Positions 25,837-36,500 of a stretch of DNA of 56,144 nt are shown here, one piece after another. This DNA comes from Reclinomonas americana ATCC 50394 (lineage: Eukaryota). The stretch is taken from assembly GCA_048213135.1 (NCBI GenBank), contig PS015052.1:38413-94556 (forward strand), read 5' to 3'. The position numbers were made by a program, and so were the translations under genes. Positions within the stretch are counted from its first letter, which is position 1, and each line of letters begins with the position of its first letter. The notes under the pieces are model-generated. The model ran no database searches. It saw only the letters and a program-made list of their open reading frames with translations, and had not been told where the DNA came from.

Positions 25837-28800
25837 TCAATCCAGCAACAACGTAAACTGCCCACACGCCTCCCGCAGCGCGCGCATCCCCTCCAACACC
25901 TCCTGTGCCGTCGGCCGTTCATACCGCATGCTCATGCACCGCATTCCCAGCTCAAACATCGGTTCGGCGAGGCGCGGCGTCCACCCAGCTGCCCGTCCAT
26001 CCACCACCTCCATCACGCGCAGCGAGGCTGGCGAGTCGTCCCACTCCACCGACCACTCCACCACGGCGGCCACCGGCTTGCCGGTGACCAGCTGCACCAG
26101 CACCATGCCCATACTGTACACGTCGTTTTTCGGCTGCGGTCGGCGCACGCGCATCGCCAGCGGGTCCATGTAATCGAGTGTGCTGGCGGCGGTCATGGTC
26201 TGTGGGGGTGAGAGATGGGTTTAGAGAGCGGGAGGGAGATGAGAAAGAGAGAGGTGGGGGGGAAGGGTAACCTGGCCATCGGCAATCGATCGCGCAATGC
26301 CAAAGTCGCCGAGACACGCCTCGAAGCGGTGATCGAGAAGCACGTTGGAGGGTTTGATATCGCGGTGCACGACGTTGTTCTGTGTGGCGGAGGTAAGTGA
26401 GTGAGGGCATCATCGAAGAAGAAACAAGGAGCAAGAAACACAGGTTTGTGAAGCGAAGGGGGAGTGAGGATGCACTGAACACTAGAGGAGAGGGCGAGCG
26501 AGAGAGGCATGGGAAATCGAGAACGGAAGAGACACAGACGTAGAAGAATGCAAAGGTTTGTGAGACTTCGTTCCAGAGAGAACGAAAAATCGCTTGAGAA
26601 ACTTCTGCTCTTTGTGAATACAAACAAGAGAAGAACGGACAGATACAATCGGAATACGATTGTGACTGCTCCGTTCTTCTCTTCCAAAACCAAAGTATAC
26701 TTAACAGTAACTATCACGAACAAGGAAGGGCAAGGCGCGGAGTGACGACGCTAAGAACACGTGAGACTGATATACAAGCATGCACGTGTACAAGAGGAGG
26801 CACGATGGGTGACGTACAACAGAGGCGAGCGAGAGAGGCGTGGGGAAGCTGAGACCACGAGAGAGACAGAGATACATAAAGGCAAAGGATTGGGAACCAA
26901 GCAGGTGGGAAAGAGGGAGCAGTTGCACAGAATAAGGGAGACCGAGAGGCAAGAATGCAAGGCGAGGCACCGGGCGGCTAAAAAAAAGGAGCGCGGAGAC
27001 GAAGCACATGAGAACCTGGGAGTGCGGGAGGCAGTAAGACTTCAAGACCTGGCATAGTGAGATACAGTACCAGAAAACACAAAAAGAGAGGCACTCAAGT
27101 CGATACTGAGAGATACGAGAGTAAAGAATTACGCAAAACGACGCAGAGCAAGAGAGCCATTCAATCCCGAACACCCGAGAAATGGGAATATCCAGAGAGT
27201 GGCAAGAGTCCCGAGTGAATGTGACAACATTTCCCAAGGGTGGCTGATGCAAAAGTACCTTGTGCAAGAACGCCACAGCCTCTGCCAGCCCGACACCAAT
27301 CTGCACACGCTGTACGACAGAGAGTGGTGCTCTCCCCACTCGCGGCAGCAGCAAATGATCCTCCAGGTTTGAAACTCTGCGCGCTCACAATGAATGCGAC
27401 CATCAACAGCTACAACAAACGAACGCAGACGCACTCAAGAGCCTTGTACACGAGACAGCGTGCCTTGTCGTCGCCAACCGCATACCCGAGAAGGGGTACG
27501 ATGCGACGGTCGCGCAGGCGTCCAAGAGTGGCGACCTGTGACTAGATGTGAGAAGAGAACGATGGAGAAGGAAATAGGAAACAAACGCGCCTCGTTCTCA
27601 AAAGACTCCATCGTCCACGGTGCCTCGGGATCGAGCACCTTGATGGCCACGTGCATCTCGCGTAGCAGGGTGATGTAGACGGCGCCCTGGCCGCCTGCAC
27701 CAACCTTGAGGCGCGGCGAGAACGAGTCGGTAGCGANNNNNNNNNNNNNNNNNNNNGCACGATCTCGGGCCACTCGAAGCGCTGAACCGCAGTGTCGACT
27801 GCGAGGAGAGGAAGGGGAATGAGACGAGAGAAGGCTATGGCAACGGCGGCGAGTCTCTGGAAAACGCACATCTCTTTCTTTCCCCCCTCTACTTATCGTA
27901 TCTGTGAAGTAAGAAATGTGGACGAACTCTTCCTGACGTGCGAAAAAGAGAGAGAAGGAGAAGACAGCTTATCGAGGCAAATCAGAAGACAGGACGTCTT
28001 CCACAACTCATTTCTACTCCCTTCCCCTCTCCCCCCTCTCTCTCTTCTCCCCCTCTCCCCCCCTCTCTCTCTTCCCCTTCCCACCCATCTCCCCACCTTG
28101 CGCAAGAAGCTGCTGCTGCCTGAGCTGGGACACGAGGCGATCCCTCTCCTGCAGCTGCGCGGCGAGATCGGCCTTCTCGTGCAGCGCCACTGCCAACTCA
28201 GCAACAGCGCGATCTCGCTCGGCTTGCACTTGCGCGTGAGCACGTTGCCAGTCGGCGTTGATGCGGTGCAGCTGAGCGACCTGTTGCTGCAGCTCGGCGT
28301 TCATCTGCCTCTCCTCCGCATGCGACAGCTGCCACTCCGNNNNNNNNNNNNNNNNNNNNNNNNNNNNNNNNNNNNNNNNNNNNNNNNNNNNNNNNNNNNN
28401 NNNNNNNNNNNNNNNNNNNNNNNNNNNNNNNNNNNNNNNNNNNNNNNNNNNNNNNNNNNNNNNNNNNNNNNNNNNNNNNNNNNNNNNNNNNNNNNNNNNN
28501 NNNNNNNNNNNNNNNNNNNNNNNNNNNNNNNNNNNNNNNNNNNNNNNNNNNNNNNNNNNNNNNNNNNNNNNNNNNNNNNNNNNNNNNNNNNNNNNNNNNN
28601 NNNNNNNNNNNNNNNNNNNNNNNNNNNNNNNNNNNNNNNNNNNNNNNNNNNNNNNNNNNNNNNNNNNNNNNNNNNNNNNNNNNNNNNNNNNNNNNNNNNN
28701 NNNNNNNNNNNNNNNNNNNNNNNNNNNNNNNNNNNNNNNNNNNNNNNNNNNNNNNNNNNNNNNNNNNNNNNNNNNNNNNNNNNNNNNNNNNNNNNNNNNN

Positions 28801-31627
28801 NNNNNNNNNNNNNNNNNNNNNNNNNNNNNNNNNNNNNNNNNNNNNNNNNNNNNNNNNNNNNNNNNNNNNNNNNNNNNNNNNNNNNNNNNNNNNNNNNNNN
28901 NNNNNNNNNNNNNNNNNNNNNNNNNNNNNNNNNNNNNNNNNNNNNNNNNNNNNNNNNNNNNNNNNNNNNNNNNNNNNNNNNNNNNNNNNNNNNNNNNNNN
29001 NNNNNNNNNNNNNNNNNNNNNNNNNNNNNNNNNNNNNNNNNNNNNNNNNNNNNNNNNNNNNNNNNNNNNNNNNNNNNNNNNNNNNNNNNNNNNNNNNNNN
29101 NNNNNNNNNNNNNNNNNNNNNNNNNNNNNNNNNNNNNNNNNNNNNNNNNNNNNNNNNNNNNNNNNNNNNNNNNNNNNNNNNNNNNNNNNNNNNNNNNNNN
29201 NNNNNNNNNNNNNNNNNNNNNNNNNNNNNNNNNNNNNNNNNNNNNNNNNNNNNNNNNNNNNNNNNNNNNNNNNNNNNNNNNNNNNNNNNNNNNNNNNNNN
29301 NNNNNNNNNNNNNNNATGGCGACCTCGTGGTCCTGTCGCTCCTGCTCTCGCTGCTGCCGCACCGAGGCGAGCTCGTGCTGGAGCTGCGCCGCGTACGCGA
29401 TGTAGTCGGCAAGGTGGCGTGCTACGGCGGCGTCGTGGTCGGACGCCTGCAGCGAGAGGAGTGTGAGAGGCACGGAGCACACGCAGAAAGAGAGAGAAGG
29501 AAGATCCGAGTCTCACCGAGCGAGCAGGAGCTGCGAGCAAGGAGTGAGCAACAAGCGTGAAAGGGAGATTGCACACAGAATGAAGATTTCATACCTGCTT
29601 GCTGTTGCTGGCGTGGCGATCGCGACCCTGCTTCTCCGCGAAATAAGAAACACAGACAACAAACACAATGTGACGGACAAGAAGGAATAGGAGGACGGAA
29701 GTGAACAATGCTCACCAGCTTGCTGCTGGCGCGGCGATCCTGCTCGTTCCGAAGAAGGAGCAACAAATGACAGTAAGGAGTGAGTAGGAAGAGCAAAGAT
29801 CATGTCGTCTGATCGAAGCTCACCTGCTTGCTGCTGCTGAGGCGGCGATCCTGCACAATCCACGAGATGAGAACAGAAACAACGCGAACGTAAACGACAG
29901 CGATGAACAACGCTCACCTCCCTGCTGCTGTTGAGGTGGCACTGCTCGTTCCGCACACCGTGATCGCAACGCGTAAGAGGAATGAGCAAAGAATGCAGCG
30001 CATCAGACAACATCCTACCTGCTTGTTGCAGTTGAAGCGACGATCCTGCTTGTTTCGAAGAAGGAGCACGGGATGACCGTAAGGTGTGAGCGGAAAGAGC
30101 GGCGAAAGCAGCGCATCAGACAACATATCACCTCCTTGTTGCGGTTGAAGCGACGACCCTGCTGGGTTCAGCGAGATGAGGAACACAGGCAACAATGTGG
30201 TGGGGATGGGAAGAGAGAAAGAGCAAAGAATTCGGCACGTGAACAAGTCTCACCTGCTTGTTGCGGTTGTATCGACAATCCTGATTGTTCCACGAAAAAA
30301 GAAACACAGAAAAAATGCTGTGAGCGACAGGATGGTAACTGAAGGATGTCGAGAGAAACACCGCTCACCGCCCTGCTGTGGGGGAAGTGGCACTGCTTGT
30401 TTCAAATAGGAGGAACAAGGACAGCAACGCGTGAGATGAAAGACCACAGAGTGCTTCTCCTGAAATCAAATCTCACCTCCCTGCTGTGGGGGAAGCGGCA
30501 CTGCTTGTTTCAAATAGGAGGAACAAGGACAGCAATGCGTGAGATGAAAGACCACAGAGTGCTTCTCCTGAAATCAAATCTCACCTTCGTTTCCTTGCAG
30601 ATGCGGGAAAGGTGCTGCTGCTGTTCCCGGAGAGAGTAGTGAGGAGAAAGAGCAACGATTACGTCACAAGAACAGATCTCACCTGCTGGCTGCTGTTGGG
30701 CACTCGACACAACTTTGCCACAACAGACAACAAAAAAGTGAGCGACGAAGGGCAAGATTGAAACCCCCCATATGACAAATCAACTGCACCTCCTTGCGGT
30801 TGGTGTTGAGACCCTGCTGCTCACAACAATCGGTCAGAGAAAGCTCACGGATGGCTTCTCAACAGCACAGGCCTCACCTCTTTGTTGTTGTGTCACTGCG
30901 CGGGGAATAATCGCACGCACAGTGAGACATCGGAAGAACACAAGAAACCAACCTGACAACATACCAAGATACTCACCTGTCTGCATCTGCTGCTCAACCG
31001 CCAGCCGGTCGAGCAACTTGGCCACCTGTTGGTGATTCTCTGCACGCGCCAACTGCGCCGCCGTCTTGCCACGTTTGTCGAGCATCGGAACCAGATCAGG
31101 GAAGTGCGTGGCCAGGAGCCGCACAATGACTTCGTGGCCTTCCACGGCGGCAAAGTGCAGTGCTGTGCAACGCGGAAACACAAAGCCGTCGGTGGTGACC
31201 GCATGCACGGTTTCCGGCGGACATCGTCGCTCGTCGGCCAGCAACCACTCGACAACTCGCAGCTGTCCGCGAAAGGCTGCTGCCATCAGTGGAGTCATGC
31301 CCGCGACGGTGACCATTCGTGCGAGCTGTTGTCCTGCACCACTCTCCTCCCACAGATACTCCAGCACTGCGAGGTGGCCTCCGTGGGCGGCAAAGTAGAA
31401 GGACGACTGGTTGTTCTCGTCCATTTCGTCGCGTTTGAGCAGTGTCGGAGCGCCCTCGCGTGTCACCAGCTCGCGGAGGGCTTTTATGTCGCCGCTGCTG
31501 GCCATGAGCCAGGCTTTCTTTCGTTGTTGGGTGCTGGGTAAGAGAGAGAGAGAGCAGGGTGAGTGTGGATGCTGACAACTGTGATGCAATGAGCATTGGT
31601 TGAATTCGCACGCGGAATGCACCTCAT
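25837..31627 (-). CDS. Ankyrin-repeat + Gln/Pro micro-exon linker + coiled-coil + IRAK/Pelle/RLCK-type Ser/Thr kinase
   Basis: Phase-consistent model: 31627-31623; 31533-30977 (ankyrin repeats: SSFYFAAHGGH, TPLMAAAFRGQ, TALHFAAVEGH, GKTAAQLA); 14 micro-exons in 30895-29517; 29446-gap-28097 (coiled coil); then 27798-27591, 27535-27435, 27376-27259, 26379-26272, 26199-25837. Kinase motifs: FEWPEIV..ATDSF, VGAGGQGAVY, VAIK, HRDIKPSNVLLD, GDFGIAR, YMDP, DVYSMG. Confidence 0.88.
29517..30895 (-). repeat. Tandem micro-exon/intron array (~95-125 bp period), including a near-exact 108-bp duplication (30364-30471 / 30472-30579)
   Basis: Recurring AG|(G)SxxQQQxG|GT units, seen on the + strand as CTCACC..CTG. 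Confidence 0.85.
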
Positions 31628-31662
31628 TGTGGTTGGTTCTGGGGAGTTGTGGACGCAGTGGC

Positions 31663-31696
<34 letters not shown>

Positions 31697-32119
31697 CTTG
31701 TCGTCTTGTGATGGATATTTCACGCGGAGGACAGTGTGAAGTAATGCATTCACAAAAAACACTTGCATCGCTCTCCTGTCCACTCCGCACACGCCAGTCA
31801 GAAGCCACAGCCATGGATAGAGAGAGTAAAGGGCGTGCTGGAAGTTTGAAATGGCAAACAGCGTGGACAGGACGTCGACGTCGACAAAATATCGAAGGCC
31901 AATGTTTGTCAACACCGGCTGCAGTCCAGGCCTCGCATTTTCCTCCACCTTCTTCTCCCCATCGACCTTCCTCCACGACTCCCCCCTGCTCATCCTGTCA
32001 CTCCAGCGGCTGGCGTATAGTACACATGTTGTCGTGCCAGCGGCGGATACCCGGCAAAAAGTTGTCAATCCCCGACATCATTTCGATTTTCTTCCACCCC
32101 ACTCTGGCACGCCAACACC

Positions 32120-32719
32120 ATGGGATCCGGCGCCTCCGCATCCTCATCACGCGTGGAAGACTGGGAGGCCGACAGCTTCTACGAGGTCGACGTGATCCGC
32201 GTGAACTTTGTCGGCAAGGGCATCGCTGCAGCCGCCCTCCTCTTCCCTCCCGCGTGGCCCGTGGCCGTTCCCTCTCTGTTTGGCGGTCGCACCGGCGTGG
32301 GCGAGAACAGAATGGCCGAGCATCAGGGCCTCATTCTGCGTCAAGTCGGCGATGTGGCGTTCTGGTCGTGCCAGTTGCTGCAGGTCGGGGAGATTGACTG
32401 TCGTGTGTGTGCTCATCGCTCCTCATGCCTCTCTCCCTCTTCACAGAGCGGACAAGTGGAGCTCATGCACCACTCGTCGGTGCGAGACGCCGGTCAGCAC
32501 ATTCAGGACTTGGTGTGGGGCGGTGGCGGCGAGTGGAAGTACGTGGAGCGGTGTGATGTTAATCCGCGACACTATCACCAGAATGTGTCGCGCACTCGCG
32601 TCAGAGATTTCAATAAGAGGTGGGAGGCCGGCGGAGGCTACGATCTGTGGTCGCGCAACTGTCAGCACTTTTGTGCGGCGTTTTTGGAGGAGTTTGCGGG
32701 GGGTGCGAGGCGGATTTGA
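32120..32719 (+). CDS. Permuted papain-like (NlpC/P60 superfamily; PPPDE/LRAT-type) thiol peptidase or acyltransferase, predicted N-myristoylated
   Basis: His motif (AEHQGLIL) lies N-terminal to the Cys motif YDLWSRNCQHF. MGSGAS N-terminus. Probable in-frame 63-nt GT-AG intron at 32384-32446. Confidence 0.8.
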   Translation: MGSGASASSSRVEDWEADSFYEVDVIRVNFVGKGIAAAALLFPPAWPVAVPSLFGGRTGVGENRMAEHQGLILRQVGDVAFWSCQLLQVGEIDCRVCAHRSSCLSPSSQSGQVELMHHSSVRDAGQHIQDLVWGGGGEWKYVERCDVNPRHYHQNVSRTRVRDFNKRWEAGGGYDLWSRNCQHFCAAFLEEFAGGARRI

Positions 32720-33016
32720 TGGGGAGGAGAGAGGGGAATTCGAAGAGAGGGGGAGAAAGAGGTGGGTACCGGTGAAGTTTTGCGTGAATGATGAGGTGTT
32801 TTTGTAAAGGAGGATCCGAGGATGTTTAGCGCCGGAGAGAGAGAGAGGCCTTGTGTTCTCAGGCGGGGGCAGTCTCGATGATGGGAGGGGTGGTGGGCTT
32901 GTGCGTCTCTTCCTCGACTTCCGAAGAGGTTGCTGCTCTGTCGGGTCTACGGATACCGCTGTACTTCCTATCGGCTCCTTCGCAGCGGGCGCGGTTGGGT
33001 ACAGGGGTTGTGGATT

Positions 33017-33275
33017 TCAGCTGCATCGCGATATCGAGACGCTCATTGTGGCTCTTCCACTGTGTCCATCGAGGTTGAATGCTGCCATTATGCAACTGTT
33101 CATGTTGTTGTTCTCTGTGTGGAGTTGTTGTCCATCATCACCTCAGCACCCAGCTTCGCCTGATCCATGTTCCCTCCAGAAGAGGTCCGAAAACAAAGAG
33201 ACATGCATGCTGCTGGTCATGGAGCAATCGCAGTTGACGATGCACCAAGGTTGCCCAGTTCTCTGACATCCCTCT
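33017..33275. repeat. Diverged direct repeat, left of module-gene copy 2 (partner ~42436-42700)
   Basis: Colinear shared blocks: TCAGCTGCATC[G/T]CGATATCGAGAC, GATCCATGTTC, GGTCATGGAG, AAGGTTGCCCAGTTCTCTGACA. Confidence 0.8.
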
Positions 33276-33526
33276 CCTCCCTCTCTTCCTTTCTCACCTC
33301 GCTCCTCCTCCTCCTCCTCACCTTCCACATCACGACTTGTCACCTTTTTCATCTTGCTGTTCGGATCAACGAATCTTCATTGCTTCTCTCTTCGTTTCTT
33401 GCATCACGCAGTGCGCGCGTGTGTGCGAAACAACAACAGAGACGCACACAAGTGGCCTCTCGACCTCCTCCTCCTCCTCCTCCACGCCCTCACTCAACAA
33501 CAACAACAACAACTCCTTCACTGCCA

Positions 33527-36500
33527 ATGTCTGCCTCTTCTCCACGTGACGATGAGAAAGCAGACATGATGCTCATCGACAGTAAGCAGCATGTGACGAC
33601 GCCAATGATGATGATGATGCATTCCTCCTCTCTCTCTGTCAACATCAACGATGATGATGATGATGATGAGAAGAAGATGAAGAGCGCATTGGGGTCATCT
33701 ATTCATCGTGCTGNNNNNNNNNNNNNNNNNNNNNNNNNNNNNNNNNNNNNNNNNNNNNNNNNNNNNNNNNNNNNNNNNNNNNNNNNNNNNNNNNNNNNNN
33801 NNNNNNNNNNNNNNNNNNNNNNNNNNNNNNNNNNNNNNNNNNNNNNNNNNNNNNNNNNNNNNNNNNNNNNNNNNNNNNNNNNNNNNNNNNNNNNNNNNNN
33901 NNNNNNNNNNNNNNNNNNNNNNNNNNNNNNNNNNNNNNNNNNNNNNNNNNNNNNNNNNNNNNNNNNNNNNNNNNNNNNNNNTCCTCCTCCTCCTCCTCCT
34001 CCTCCTCCTCTTGCTCTTGTTCTTGTTCCTGTTCTTGTTCTTGTTCTTCTTCGGCTTTTACTTCTTCTCCTTCTCTCTTCTTCTTCTTCTTCTTCTTGTT
34101 CTTGTTCTTCTTCTTCTGCCTCATCATGGATTGTCGTTGTGTTTCATTCCCTGTTGCAGATCCAGCTGGCCTCGTGAAAGGCAAGAAGGAGAAGAAGCAC
34201 ACCGACGAGAGCACAGCCGCCATTGCCGCTGCGAGAAGTGATGCGGAGAATCACATTGCACAGGGTGCGTCTCTCTCTCCTCCTTCTTGCTGTCGTAGGT
34301 GTTCTCGTGTTACGTGATGTCTCACATGGGCGATACACGTGCGCACAGCTGCTCACCAGGAGCACATGGAACACACAGCGATGGAAGGCATCGTCGAGGT
34401 ACAGTTGATGTGTGTCATCCCAAGATGAGCATGTCTCTTACTGCTCTCTCTCCCTCTCTCTCTTGACATGATTGCACAGCAACGTGCGAGAAGACGGCGA
34501 GTCGACTCGTCTCTGATGGATCACAGCGAGGACTTGCCTGCACGTGATTCAGTTGACACATTGGTCCGCAAGCGTTCTCTGGAGGTGAGCTCCGATGTGG
34601 CACGCGTCTCACTTTGCCTCTCGCTCGTGCATCACAGTCGACACCTGATGGTTCTTCATTCTCAGCAGGTGGATGCATCCGGAGATGACGAGCTTGCACC
34701 GCCAAAGAAGAAGAGGAAGGTTTGGATTCTCTGCTACTGACATTGTTGTGCTAGTTCGTCGATCTGCAGTTGGGTTCTTCGTGTCAATGATGCATGCATG
34801 CTGTGGATTCACAGGGTGGCAAGACTCGAGCTGCCAAAAAGCCAGAGGAGTTGAGCGCATGCGAGAAGCTTCTGCTGAACAAGCTGCTTGTTGCGTGTGC
34901 ATGCTCCATTTGTCATCATTGCGATCCACTTTGCTCCTCCTTTTCCTCGATGTACTCACCATTCTTACTGTGTCTCTCGCAGCGGTGCAATCGGAAGAGG
35001 ATTCTGGTGAAGGCATTCGGCCTAATGGCGCCCATTGTTCACGGGTCCACTGTCATCCACCATCAGAGTGTTCTCTTTGATATTGCCTGGGACGAGTGCG
35101 GGGTTCCATTGTCGGAGCCGAGTCGCATTTCGTCTGCAGTCAAGAGTGCATTTGGCAAGAGTCTCGGCGTGACTGCCAACCATTCACGCGCCAAAACGCC
35201 CAAATCAGTGGAGGGTGTGCTCAAGAGCGTGAGCAACTTCATCGAGGTGAGCATGCATTTTGCCTGTGAACGACTGTTGAATGTGAACCAACATGCAGAT
35301 GATGGCAATGTACAGGTGAGCCAGCTCAGTGGCGCGGCTCTGGTGTATGCTGTCGAAAGACCACTCATTGTGGTGGATGAGCGCGGATATTCGGAGGTGA
35401 GTGTGGGTTTTTTATTGCCTTCTGTTTCTTTTGCCATCATGCGACTGATCTTCGTTCACTCGGCTGTATGTGCCAGGGATCTTGGAGGAAATTGCCAACA
35501 GAATTTAAAAACAAGAAAGATCATCATCAGCCATTTGTCAAACAGGCCATATATGTGATGCGCAAGTGCGTTGGTCTCATGGCTGCTCTGCTTCGAGATA
35601 CCTGTCTGTCGGATGCGGAGATTGCACGTGCCGTCACGTGGTGCCATGCAAAAGGTCTGCAATCTCATACCGCTGTTGGTGTTGCTTGCACTGGTGTTGA
35701 CCAGCGCCACGCAGAATATGGCGATGTGAAGATGGTGGTGAAGAAGGAGGAGGAAAATGACGGAGAGGGTGATGTCGTCAAGTTCGAAGACGATGACATC
35801 AAGGTACGGGGAACAAAAGCTGCGGGCGAGCAAGTGTTCGTGGACTTGGTCGACAATTGATATCTTGCGTCTCCACAGGCGGATGCAGGCCGTGACGATG
35901 ACGGAGGAACAAAGTCGAGCACGGTGCGACAATGTGTCTGGATGGTTGGTGAGGCAGGCTTGTTGATTGTGGATGTTGTATGGGATGTGCATTTGCAGCG
36001 CGTCAAGAGTGGTCGCCATGTATTCGATGCGGATTTGAGCAAGGACGAGCGAGTGCTGCTGGACAGACTGCATGTTGCGTTTGCATGTCCACAACACCTT
36101 AGCAAGGCAGATTGCACTCTTCCATGCGCTGTGCCATAACACCTGATGCTTGGAACAGCGGTGCAACAAAAGGAAGATACTGGTGACGGCATTCGGCATC
36201 ATGGCGCCTATGATTAAGCCATTTGCAGTCTGGCATCATCATCGTGTTCTGTTTGAACTCGCCTGCAAGGAGTGTGGTATCCCATCATCTGGAGCTGGCA
36301 TTCCGTCATCCGCAGTCATGGTCTCGTTCGGGAAGAGTCTTGGCAGGGCCGTCCAAGTCGCACGCACCAACACACCCAGGTCAGTTGAAGGTTTGCTCTA
36401 TGGCATGAGCAACTTTATCGAGGTGAGTATCTGTCTGTGCAGTCCGTCTCACATGTAACTGTAGAGTGAGCCAACATCGATGCATATGCAACTCTTGCAG

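Noticed and set aside
29517-30895. Repeat-spacer periodicity resembling a CRISPR array
   Set aside because: The repeats are variable, bounded by splice signals and translate in frame. The context is eukaryotic and there are no cas genes.
32853-33266. 137-aa ORF containing LHRDIE (kinase-like)
   Set aside because: No other kinase motifs, and the frame is broken by indels in the partner repeat at 42436-42700.
34699-34722. Exact SV40 NLS PKKKRKV suggesting vector or viral contamination
   Set aside because: The V codon is the intron's GTT donor, paralogs read PKKKKK, and there is no other SV40-like sequence.
35058-35100. HH..CxxC as a retroviral integrase HHCC zinc motif
   Set aside because: The spacing (adjacent His, ~8 aa to CxxC) does not fit H-x3-7-H-x23-32-C-x2-C, and no DDE core follows.
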